Part shown: in pieces, positions 10,415 to 19,267 of the stretch
Layout of the letters: each line of letters opens with the position of its first letter
Position numbering within the stretch: the stretch's first letter is position 1
From: Promethearchaeota archaeon
GTDB taxonomy: Archaea > Asgardarchaeota > Lokiarchaeia > Sigyniarchaeales > SOKP01
Assembly: GCA_016839555.1 (NCBI GenBank)
Contig: JAEOUA010000006.1
Span: forward strand, 1-64,000
Length of the DNA stretch: 64,000 bases
Reading direction: 5' to 3'
The notes under the pieces: model-generated
What the model was told of the DNA's origin: nothing
The model's database searches: none
The model's input: only the letters and a program-made list of their open reading frames with translations
Translations under genes and position numbers: made by a program

Positions 10415-11056
10415 TCAACACTCAATCAATTCCTTTATTTTTTTAACCCCTTCCACGGCATCAGATGCGTAAGCATCTGCACCAATCTCTTCAGCAAAAC
10501 GTTTAGAAACGGGTCCACCACCAATTATTACTTTAATTTTCTCGTGCAATCCTTCTTCATTCAAGGTTTTGATGACATCTCCCATCCCCAACATGGTGGT
10601 GGTCAGTAATGCGGACATCCCTAAGACATCAGGTTGATGTTCTTTAACTGCCTGTAAAAACTTTTCGGTGTCGTTATCCGTCCCAATGTCGATGACTTCA
10701 AAACCAGCACTTTTCAGCAGAAAACCGACCAGATTTTTACCAATATCATGTACGTCACCAGCAACTGTGCCTAAAAGTACCTTGCCAGCCTGCCCTATTG
10801 AGGTTTGTGCCAGATGCGGCTCCAGCACTTCCATACCTGTAGTAAATGCCTCACCTGCCATTATCAAATCGGGAAGGAAGAACTCCTTCTCCTCGAATAA
10901 CGTTCCACATTGTTCAAGCCCAGCGATCATAGCGTTGAATACTTTGTAAGGATCATTACCAGAATCCAGACTGGATTGAACCATTTCTGCAATATCATAT
11001 GAATCGCCATCACGAATGGCTTCAGTAATTGAAATAAATATATTAGTATTTTCCAT
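10415..11056 (-). CDS. corrinoid (cobalamin-binding) protein of a methyltransferase system, MtaC/MttC-like
   Basis: FFLPDLIMAGEA cap, GTVAGDVHDIGKNLV (DxHxxG), MSALLTTTM, IIGGGPVS..IGADAYA. Confidence 0.95.
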   Translation of the reverse strand: MENTNIFISITEAIRDGDSYDIAEMVQSSLDSGNDPYKVFNAMIAGLEQCGTLFEEKEFFLPDLIMAGEAFTTGMEVLEPHLAQTSIGQAGKVLLGTVAGDVHDIGKNLVGFLLKSAGFEVIDIGTDNDTEKFLQAVKEHQPDVLGMSALLTTTMLGMGDVIKTLNEEGLHEKIKVIIGGGPVSKRFAEEIGADAYASDAVEGVKKIKELIEC

Positions 11057-12239
11057 ATTCTTGTACCCTCTTGAATAGGTAGTTTATTTTCTCCAAATCC
11101 GTGCCTGGCGGTATAGCGGTAAGCGCAAATGAAATAGACGTTCGCATTTCTGTAGCCAATGTGCATACCCGCTTGACTAGGGCTTCGATCTCCTGTTCGG
11201 TGGCATCTCTCAAGAACTTACCGTGAACTATATACCCAAAATTCTTCTTATATTCTTTGGCAAGCTCAAATGCCGGGCGGTCATACTCCGGTAAAGCAAT
11301 ACCTTCTGGTGTGGTCGGGAAAGTATAGTTTGACCACATAATCTGATGATTGATGCCAGCTGGCTCAGTCTCGAGGATTTTTCGCATTTGCATGGGAGAA
11401 ATGCAAGGAGCCACAATCATTAGTTTCTTCTTGTGATACCGCCATACTCTTTCTATATAGGGCAATACGTATTTGACAAAATCCTCACGTCCCATAATCG
11501 GGGGGGCCGTATATTGATCAATCATTACAGAACCGAGACGTGACAATCCATATTTGAATGCCAAGTCAAATATCCGGATCGCTGCTTGGGTTGTCAATTC
11601 CATAATTGCAGGATACATATCCGGATCACCGCGTTTTCTTATTTTTTCTTTCTTAATTGGATTGTCCGTTTCAACATAATCCTTGTGAAGACGCATATCC
11701 AAGGGGAGTTTGTCATCTCCTCTCAGCAACATTGCCAGATCCCAAGGACCATCTAGAGTTAGCGGTAGAAACAACTCAGGATGGCGTTTTTGTATTTCCA
11801 AATTTAAATCAAAATACATTTTAAGATGACCCGTAGCTTCCTCTGGAAGCTTAATCTTTTGTATGTCTTCTTTAGTCTTAATCGGATACCCCACTGAGTA
11901 AGGCACCCGTTCTTCGGAGATTTTGAATTCTGTACCCATTTCACACGGACCAAATGACATCAGACCTTGCCATATTGGCATGGTAACCATATCGCAATCA
12001 AAACGTTCGCAAACTATATCAGCTAACTCAACATTTGCTTCAATACTTTCTACGGTTAATTTCCAGTTATATTTCGGGTCCAACATATATGGTTCGATAT
12101 TTGTGGCTGCCAATACTGTCGGTACTCGGTCCGGGAGACTGAATTGAGCGAGCATGAAACGCTCTAACCCATTAAGCTTACCGATACCCAATTTACTTTT
12201 AATTAAGGCTTTCAGCACGGTAACTATTAAATTTGGCAT
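11043..12239 (-). CDS. UroD/MtaA-CmuA superfamily methyltransferase-like TIM barrel, divergent
   Basis: PDRVP, EMGTEF, DGPWDLAMLLRG, FVKYVLPY, IPPGTDLEKI; overlaps the start of the corrinoid gene. Confidence 0.75.
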   Translation of the reverse strand: MPNLIVTVLKALIKSKLGIGKLNGLERFMLAQFSLPDRVPTVLAATNIEPYMLDPKYNWKLTVESIEANVELADIVCERFDCDMVTMPIWQGLMSFGPCEMGTEFKISEERVPYSVGYPIKTKEDIQKIKLPEEATGHLKMYFDLNLEIQKRHPELFLPLTLDGPWDLAMLLRGDDKLPLDMRLHKDYVETDNPIKKEKIRKRGDPDMYPAIMELTTQAAIRIFDLAFKYGLSRLGSVMIDQYTAPPIMGREDFVKYVLPYIERVWRYHKKKLMIVAPCISPMQMRKILETEPAGINHQIMWSNYTFPTTPEGIALPEYDRPAFELAKEYKKNFGYIVHGKFLRDATEQEIEALVKRVCTLATEMRTSISFALTAIPPGTDLEKINYLFKRVQEYGKY

Positions 12240-12323
12240 GAAACTACTCCTAAAAATATTTTTTTTTATTCACTTTTCAAAATTTAAATAATTAGAAACT
12301 TTTTTTTATATAATAATATTTGG

Positions 12324-12337
12324 CTTGAATATTCAAG
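12324..12337. promoter_or_regulatory. perfect 14-bp palindrome, candidate operator in a divergent promoter
   Basis: CTTGAATATTCAAG lies between the methyltransferase operon and the divergent HTH regulator. Confidence 0.45.
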
Positions 12338-12369
12338 TAAACAAAAAAATTATAATTTTTAATAGATAA

Positions 12370-13020
12370 ATGAAAAAACTAAAGAAGATCGTAATGAAAA
12401 TCCCTATATTTTCAAAGTATTATGAATATTTTAATCTATTTAAAAAATTTGAGATAATTAAAATATTCCGTCAAGATGGAGATCATTTTTATATAACACA
12501 AAAGGCAGAATTCAAAGATAGTAAAATGCATCCAAAAATGTTGGAAGGTGAATATTATGGGATACCATATGTAGAAGTTATAGAAGAGAATAAGATGAGT
12601 GGTGAATATATTTTCTTTTCCACAAATAATATAATTAAGGAAACAAAAGAATTATCGGATAATTTAGAATGTTTAATTATCGATGTTCCTATAATTTTAG
12701 ATCAAAATCATCTTTTAACAAGTAGTATAATAGATAGCAGGGATGTCGACAAATTTATTAATTTAGTAAATCTTTTATTTGATGAAAAAGTTGAAATTCT
12801 AAGCATAACTAACTTAATCCCTAACTATGAAGACCTTTTTTTAAAATTGACAGAACGTCAGAAAGAAATTATTTATTATGCCGTTCACCGTGGATATTTT
12901 GAAATACCTCGTGAAATCAAGGCAGAAAAAATAGCCAATCGTTTTAAAATTACGCAGAGTGCGTTTTATGATCATTTACGAAAAATTGATCGAATAATTT
13001 ATCATTCAATATTCAAATAA
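12370..13020 (+). CDS. bacterio-opsin-activator-type (HTH_10) transcriptional regulator
   Basis: C-terminal LTERQKEIIYYAVHRGYFEIPRE..IA..ITQSAFYDHLRK. Confidence 0.9.
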   Translation: MKKLKKIVMKIPIFSKYYEYFNLFKKFEIIKIFRQDGDHFYITQKAEFKDSKMHPKMLEGEYYGIPYVEVIEENKMSGEYIFFSTNNIIKETKELSDNLECLIIDVPIILDQNHLLTSSIIDSRDVDKFINLVNLLFDEKVEILSITNLIPNYEDLFLKLTERQKEIIYYAVHRGYFEIPREIKAEKIANRFKITQSAFYDHLRKIDRIIYHSIFK

Positions 13021-13130
13021 AAATAACATATCAAATTGCAAATTGTCTATCTATTTATTTCTGCTTTACTAATTTAAATAGATATGATTTGATTCATCAA
13101 GATTAAGAACATTTAATACAAATAAAAAAA

Positions 13131-14033
13131 TTAAAATATTTTTTGAAAAGAAATCCTTTCAGAAACGTTTTTTCTTAAAAATCTTTTCCTATAGTAGCTA
13201 TTTATTCCTGAAATCAATGCAATCGAAGGAACTACGCATTTGGCATATTTAACGGGACCAAATAACACGAAATCATTTCCAGCACTAGCACAATACGCCA
13301 TCAAAGACGCAATGGCCCCACACTTTGACCCCTCTCCGTATTTCGTTAGCTTGTTCCACTCGTAGATGGCGTTTGCAGGGGCTAATCCCGTTGGGATACC
13401 TAATTTCGTTTTTATCAATCTTGAGATTTCAATGTTGACATTAATTGATGTTAAGTCCAATACTGCTGTATCCACGATGTAATTATCGATACCTGCTTTT
13501 TCCGCTTTTGGTATTAATTTATTTATAAGAAGATCCACTTTTTGATTTGCATATATGATATTACTTCTAAAAGTAAGTAGAACTGCATGTTTTACACCTA
13601 TTTCTCTCAGGATATCAAGATTTTGGTCGCTTGTATTCTCGTCAATACTATTTAAGATAGCTCTTTCTAACAAACCCATTTCTTTTAAGCTCATCATTGT
13701 GGGGATACGAATATTATCGTTTAATCCATCAACTAAGAATGGTACTTCAATTAAGTCTGCAATAAACTCACACTCCTTTACAAGAGCTTCAGGATACCCT
13801 CCAACAACGTCAATTATGGCTTGTAATCCTAATTCGTCTACGAGGGAAATAAACTCGTTGATCTCCGCCTCAACCAAGTTCTTATCGAATTTTCCAGTTC
13901 TTTCGTTTAATAATGCTTTATGTTTATCATAAAAAACTGAACCCCCAACAACTAAGGGATTTTCTCCAGGTTGTCCACCAATCGAGACGTTAAAAATGTT
14001 CAATACTTTTTGATCTTCAATATAACTCAACAT
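13131..14033 (-). CDS. mtrH: MtrH-family methyl-corrinoid:tetrahydromethanopterin/THF methyltransferase (stand-alone)
   Basis: IGGQPGENPLVVGGSVFYDKH, PFLVDG, ILNSI, IVDTAVLD, PTGLAPANA, DFVLFGP; GAGGTGA SD upstream. Confidence 0.88.
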   Translation of the reverse strand: MLSYIEDQKVLNIFNVSIGGQPGENPLVVGGSVFYDKHKALLNERTGKFDKNLVEAEINEFISLVDELGLQAIIDVVGGYPEALVKECEFIADLIEVPFLVDGLNDNIRIPTMMSLKEMGLLERAILNSIDENTSDQNLDILREIGVKHAVLLTFRSNIIYANQKVDLLINKLIPKAEKAGIDNYIVDTAVLDLTSINVNIEISRLIKTKLGIPTGLAPANAIYEWNKLTKYGEGSKCGAIASLMAYCASAGNDFVLFGPVKYAKCVVPSIALISGINSYYRKRFLRKNVSERISFQKIF

Positions 14034-14046
14034 TCTAAAATCACCT

Positions 14047-14208
14047 CTATTCTGCTTTTTTTTTAATCAAAAATAAGAGTAACCCCATAGATCTGCTCAT
14101 AAATCCTGCAATACTTTTTAAATCTTTTTTCACAAGTTCCTGAGATAAATCTTCCTCCCTTCCAAGTATAGCCTTTTTCAAATCTTTTAAAATTATCATT
14201 TCATTCAT
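14047..14208 (-). pseudogene. 53-codon ORF, probable collapsed remnant of a second corrinoid protein gene
   Basis: Not in the ORF track. AAGGTGA SD + ATG; ILKDLKKAILGREEDLSQELVKK resembles a B12-cap first helix. An alternative frame gives ADLWGYS, resembling the GAD(L/A)Y C-terminus. The stop overlaps the mtrH SD. Confidence 0.5.
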
Positions 14209-14555
14209 CTATAAGTCACCTTGTTATTTATTTACATTTCGGCATTCTATCATAAACTAAATAAATCTATTTTTTTTAAAAATCTTAAGCTTGAATTCTT
14301 GAGTTATTAAATCTTATAAATTTCCACCAATAAATAATGAACACACTAATTCTTATAAAATTTCATTGAAGATTTCTCTGTTTGGTGATAATCATTATTG
14401 AAGTTATGTTTTTTTTTACATTTTGCCATCATTTTAAAGAAACCCTTGATTTTAATTTCTAAATTTATTACTGCTGGGTTTTTGAAAGTTTTTTTCTCAA
14501 TCAGTATGAAAATATATCTCAATCAAAAAATATATAAAAATAAAGAGATAGGTAT

Positions 14556-15797
14556 TTAACTCGATTTTATAGCCTTCTTAATAATCTTAGAGAAGTCAGT
14601 TATTGCAAAGATAATTATGCAAATGAAGAGCATTCCAGCACCATATAAAAATGCTGCAGAATAGGAGAATGTATCATAGATATACCCAAAAATTAGGGAT
14701 TCCGCCAGGGAAATCAATCCAACAGATAAATAATAAAGTCCATATGCTCTTCCTCTCTTTTTTGTACCAGCTAAATCCGCTACATAAGCTCTTGAAATAG
14801 GATCCACTGAACCCATATAATACCCAAATAAGATATATATAAAGATTATTAAAATCAATGATAAAATAGAGATATCTATTGGCAATGCAAGAAGAATACA
14901 ACTTCCAAATAGTAGTGATAAGCCAAGTAAAATTAGAGGTTTACGTCCATATTTATCAGATAAGGCCCCATTAATAGGCGAAAAGATTATATATACTATA
15001 TTTGAAATTAGGTAAAAGACGGGAATTAGAAAAATTAAAGATTCATTTATATAGTCTGCCGCTCGAATAATTATAAAAGAAAGATCAATGCTAGCGAATT
15101 CAATTACACCAAGAATAATAATTAACTTTATAAAATTTCGACTTAATTTTTCCTTTTTAACTTCATTTCCTTTTTTACCTATTTCCGCCTCAAATTTATC
15201 AGGATCTACTTCCTTTACAAATAATATCAAGATAATTGCGATTACACCAGGGAATAATGAAAATAATATAATCTCTCGATATATAAATCCCAAAAAAAGA
15301 AATAGAAATGCTAATAGTGATCCAACGACAGCACCAGTAGTATCTAAGGATCTATGTAGACCAAAAGCCTTTCCCCGATTTTCTTGAGCATAATATGAAA
15401 TCAAAGCATCCCGTGAAGAAGTTCGTATACCTTTTCCAAATCGGTCAGAAGCTTTTAGTGCAAGAACCATCTCCCATGAAGGACTAAGTCCAATAAAAGG
15501 TTTTGAAAGATTGGAAATAATATATCCTCCAGCTACAAATACTTTTCGCTTATTTATTTTATCACTTAAATAGCCAGACAATCCTTTAAAAATATTAGCA
15601 CTCGCAGTTGTAACACCTGAAATCAATCCTAAAAGAACTGCTGTACCTCCAATTTCAAATATAAATAAAGGTAATATGCTTTCAATCATATCGCTTGATA
15701 CATCAGTGAATAAGGATACAAATCCCATTAAAATTATTTGACTAGAGATTCCAAAATAGAGTTTGGTTGATTTATTTTGATTTTGTGTTTCATTCAT
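14556..15797 (-). CDS. MFS transporter
   Basis: VSLFTDVSSDMI, GYLSDK..KRK, DRFGKGIRTSSRDALI, GKAFGLHRSLDTTGA; about 12 TMs. Confidence 0.93.
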   Translation of the reverse strand: MNETQNQNKSTKLYFGISSQIILMGFVSLFTDVSSDMIESILPLFIFEIGGTAVLLGLISGVTTASANIFKGLSGYLSDKINKRKVFVAGGYIISNLSKPFIGLSPSWEMVLALKASDRFGKGIRTSSRDALISYYAQENRGKAFGLHRSLDTTGAVVGSLLAFLFLFLGFIYREIILFSLFPGVIAIILILFVKEVDPDKFEAEIGKKGNEVKKEKLSRNFIKLIIILGVIEFASIDLSFIIIRAADYINESLIFLIPVFYLISNIVYIIFSPINGALSDKYGRKPLILLGLSLLFGSCILLALPIDISILSLILIIFIYILFGYYMGSVDPISRAYVADLAGTKKRGRAYGLYYLSVGLISLAESLIFGYIYDTFSYSAAFLYGAGMLFICIIIFAITDFSKIIKKAIKSS

Positions 15798-16122
15798 AGT
15801 TAAAGTTTTTAATTATTTGTTTATAAAATTCTTTAAGAATTATTATAAATGAATTATAATTTTTTCCTTATAATTAATAAAGAAGATTCCAGCAGTTCCT
15901 CTATAATTTAAAGAGAAATTCAGTTTCTTTTTTATTTTTAAAATTAGGGTCAATTAAAAACTCTTAAAATAAGATTTATTATATTTTTTTACCTTCGAAA
16001 TATTATATTAAAAGTGTTTATTTAAAATAGGTATAATAAATGAAATTTAATTATGATAAGCTTAAAAATAATTGTATAAGAGAAGGAATTGCGGGTTTGA
16101 GAAAAGGATTAGAAGGAGAGAA

Positions 16123-16551
16123 TTAGTCAAAAAATTCTTTTAATTGCTTATCATAAGATTCAAATTTATTTAGTTCGGTAAAGTCAGTGCCTGAATATCG
16201 TTGGATAAAGTGTTGTAAGATTGGTTCAGTTTTCTCAAAAAATTTTCGCACAAATCGGTCTGGATTCCTCTTTTTTTCAGTTAATCCATATAGGATTATG
16301 GGTTCTTTCTTCTCATTAAATTGCGTTTTTATAGACTCAATTTTGAAAATGAATAAATAATTATCCATTTCTAAGTATTCTATCGAGGTACTCATAAAAG
16401 CTTCATATGCAAAAGAATTTATAGCCGATATGAATGCCCCTCTTAAATCTCTGTCTCCATTTCCATTGTTTAAATTTGGTGGTTTCTTGAATTCATGTTT
16501 GGATAAGATGAATCCACGAAAGACAAATCCAACTTCATATAACTCTTTCAT
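16123..16551 (-). CDS. stand-alone longin/roadblock-like Asgard protein
   Basis: beta-beta (EVGFVFRGFILS), helix DLRGAFISAINSFAYEAF, strands IEYLEM/YLFIFK/ILYGL, then a C-terminal helix ending FIQRY. Confidence 0.6.
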   Translation of the reverse strand: MKELYEVGFVFRGFILSKHEFKKPPNLNNGNGDRDLRGAFISAINSFAYEAFMSTSIEYLEMDNYLFIFKIESIKTQFNEKKEPIILYGLTEKKRNPDRFVRKFFEKTEPILQHFIQRYSGTDFTELNKFESYDKQLKEFFD

Positions 16552-16721
16552 ATTGATAAATTGAATATTGTTGAATCGAATCTCAAATTAAAATTCGCTT
16601 ATAATTACTAAAAAAATCGCACTATTTATTTTTAACTCACTTGAACTTCATTTTATATATGATTATTAATTATAATTTGTGTATTACAGAAGTTTTTAAA
16701 ATAAATAGGAGGCTATTATTT

Positions 16722-16919
16722 TTGGGTAAGATATGTAAATGGTATTATTGCTGTCCGATTAAGAGGTTCGTAGATGAAGGAAAGCTAGATAAAAAATGGG
16801 TTGAACATTATTGCTTGATTGGCAATAAAGATTGCGTGCGATACCAGATGGAGGAAAATTGGGAATATCATCCAGATAATATGCTTCCAAATGGCGAAAT
16901 CAGAGAAGACTTAAAATGA
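16722..16919 (+). CDS. small Cys-rich protein (CKWY..CP..WV..YC..CVRYQMEE..HPDNMLP family), function unknown
   Basis: AGGAGG SD followed by TTG at 16722; 65 aa with a conserved-looking Cys pattern. Confidence 0.7.
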   Translation: MGKICKWYYCCPIKRFVDEGKLDKKWVEHYCLIGNKDCVRYQMEENWEYHPDNMLPNGEIREDLK

Positions 16920-17591
16920 AAAGGTATCGCCTACGCATACCTTTCTAAAGTGATCAGGAAAGCGCATACGAATTTCAGACATATATGAAGTACAATGACA
17001 TGCTCCAATGAAATCTATACCTTCCAAGTAAGATAATTTTCGAAATCCGTGAAATCCTCCAATAACCGCTTCGACTTCTCCCATCTCTCTTGCCTTCATG
17101 ATGAAATTTTCCAATCCAGGATGAGTGCATCCCACAAGGATAACAAATTTTTCCTCGTTAGTTTTACAAAAAAGCGCTTGCTCACTAATTGATATTCCTA
17201 TTATACCGGAAACAAATATTGATTCATCAATCTCTTTTACGTCCTTATATAAATACACTTTTGCTTCTGGAAAGTTTTGTTCATAATTTTTAATATTATA
17301 TGGAATAAATAATTCAATATTCGGATTTTGAGCATAAAAACCGCTTAATCCTCCCGCATGATCATAATGGTTATGTGAGATAATTACTTTTTTAATCTGG
17401 GAAGGATTTACTCCAAGTTTTTTAATGTTATGAATCAATACTTCGCCATTCCCTCCTGTATCAAATAATAAATAATTATTGGAGAAATTATTAAACACAA
17501 GAGCGGAAAATCCAAATCCGCTTAAAAATCCTTCATTTACACAATTATTGTCAAATACAATTGAAACATTAAAAGCATTTTTTTCTTTCAT
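16911..17591 (-). CDS. MBL-fold metallo-hydrolase (dihydropterin-methyl-RFA-P synthase-like family)
   Basis: IVFDNN, GFSALV, LFDTG, ISHNHYDHAGG, GCTHPG, IGGFH, ACHCT. Confidence 0.88.
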   Translation of the reverse strand: MKEKNAFNVSIVFDNNCVNEGFLSGFGFSALVFNNFSNNYLLFDTGGNGEVLIHNIKKLGVNPSQIKKVIISHNHYDHAGGLSGFYAQNPNIELFIPYNIKNYEQNFPEAKVYLYKDVKEIDESIFVSGIIGISISEQALFCKTNEEKFVILVGCTHPGLENFIMKAREMGEVEAVIGGFHGFRKLSYLEGIDFIGACHCTSYMSEIRMRFPDHFRKVCVGDTFSF

Positions 17592-17658
17592 TTCTATTCA
17601 TTAATTGAATAATCATTCATTTCTTTTAATGTTTATTCTCCTTCCTTACAAGAAGCAG

Positions 17659-19143
17659 TTAATTCTTAGATTTATTATGCGCCTCATCCAGTAAAACTCG
17701 AAAATTTTTCACGACACTCTCTAAGTTTGAGAAGCTTGGAATATTATTTTCGCTCAATTTTTTTGTTATATATTTCAATTCTTTATTTTCTCCGATTAAA
17801 AAGAAGAATACTGGTTTTGTGTAATTCTTAACAGTATCAATTAATACATCGACCGAACTTAACGCTCTAAATTGCCGAGAACAAAACATAAAATTAATAA
17901 GACCTTCAATTTTAGGCTCACTTAATACTGCGTTAAATGCGGATCTCATTACATCATTCGGATTACTATTGGTGGTGATCGCCTTTTCCATAGCTGGCCA
18001 AATATCAACTAAGGCGAAATTATTGGGGGGCATCCAAATTGGAAAGATTTCTTCTAAAATATTATAAGATTTCTTACTTAAAACGGGGAGTTCAAATCCA
18101 TACTTTACTGTTAAATCAGCCAGAATTGTTCCTGCCCCTCCAGATCCTACGATAATGGATAATCGCCCGTTTTCAGGCAACTTTTTGTTTGAATTATAAA
18201 TCATTGAAAAGGTTCTTGCATATTCAAATAATTCAAAAAAACTATTTGCTTTAATAATTCCAGACTGTTTTATTAGTGCTTCGGTTAGATCTTTATTTTC
18301 CGATATAGCGGCTGTATGAGTGATGGTTGCCTTCTGCCCTTGCTTAGTTAAGCCTCCTTTCACTAATATTATCGTTTTTTTTGGATATTTTTTTGCTTCC
18401 CTACATAATTCAATAAATTTTCTGGGATTCTTAAATGATTCAAGATAAATTGCAATAACATTAACAGTCTCATCTTTGAGAAAATACTCCAAAAACTCAA
18501 TCTCACTGATATCCATCTTATTTCCAATCGTAGCCGAATATCTAAACCCCAATCCAGGATATTTCTGAACTAAATGGGTAAAATAACCACCGTTCAGCAT
18601 TCCTGACTGGCTTATAATTGCAATATTACCACGCTTGTATTCATTAAATACTAAAAATGAAGAGAAGAATCCTCCTTTATTTTCGGAATCGCTTGACCCA
18701 TCAATAGTAGTTAATCCCATACAATTAGGTCCCACTATTCTAATTTTTAAAAAATTATCAGTGATTTTAACGATTTGATTTGTTAATTCAAGTCCATCAA
18801 CCCCAATTTCTTCAAATCCAGAGGCTTCAATTATCGCGCCTTTTACCTTTTTCTCGACACAATCTCCCAAAATTTCAGGAATTATACGATTAGGCACATA
18901 AAAAATAGCTAAATCTACATCATCTTCAATATCCATTATAGTTTTTTTGAACTCTAATCCAAATATCTCACCACTTGAATTTGGATTAACGGGGTATATT
19001 TTTCCTTTGAACTCATTTGCAATGAGGTTATTAAGGATTCGATACCCTCCTTTCATAGGATTTTTTGAAGCTCCAATAACAGCGACCGATTTGGGATGTA
19101 GAAACGTATCTATAATAGTATTATCTTTCATTTCTTTTTTCAT
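17659..19143 (-). CDS. acdA: ADP-forming acyl-CoA synthetase, alpha subunit
   Basis: PKSVAVIGAS, YPVNP, RIVGPNCMG, ISQSG, IGNKMD, phospho-His THTAA, GSGGAG. Confidence 0.88.
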   Translation of the reverse strand: MKKEMKDNTIIDTFLHPKSVAVIGASKNPMKGGYRILNNLIANEFKGKIYPVNPNSSGEIFGLEFKKTIMDIEDDVDLAIFYVPNRIIPEILGDCVEKKVKGAIIEASGFEEIGVDGLELTNQIVKITDNFLKIRIVGPNCMGLTTIDGSSDSENKGGFFSSFLVFNEYKRGNIAIISQSGMLNGGYFTHLVQKYPGLGFRYSATIGNKMDISEIEFLEYFLKDETVNVIAIYLESFKNPRKFIELCREAKKYPKKTIILVKGGLTKQGQKATITHTAAISENKDLTEALIKQSGIIKANSFFELFEYARTFSMIYNSNKKLPENGRLSIIVGSGGAGTILADLTVKYGFELPVLSKKSYNILEEIFPIWMPPNNFALVDIWPAMEKAITTNSNPNDVMRSAFNAVLSEPKIEGLINFMFCSRQFRALSSVDVLIDTVKNYTKPVFFFLIGENKELKYITKKLSENNIPSFSNLESVVKNFRVLLDEAHNKSKN

Positions 19144-19267
19144 TTCCAAACATGACTTTAAGTATATAAAAGAATAATCCAAAAAAGGAATTATTCTTTA
19201 ATCTTTGTTTGTGGTAATGCGATGCACAAAATTAGGTTTTGGTAAATAATTAACACAGCAAAACATT

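Noticed and set aside
16722-16919. Calling the small Cys-rich protein a uracil-DNA glycosylase
   Set aside because: It is far too short and has no UDG motifs; left as unknown function.
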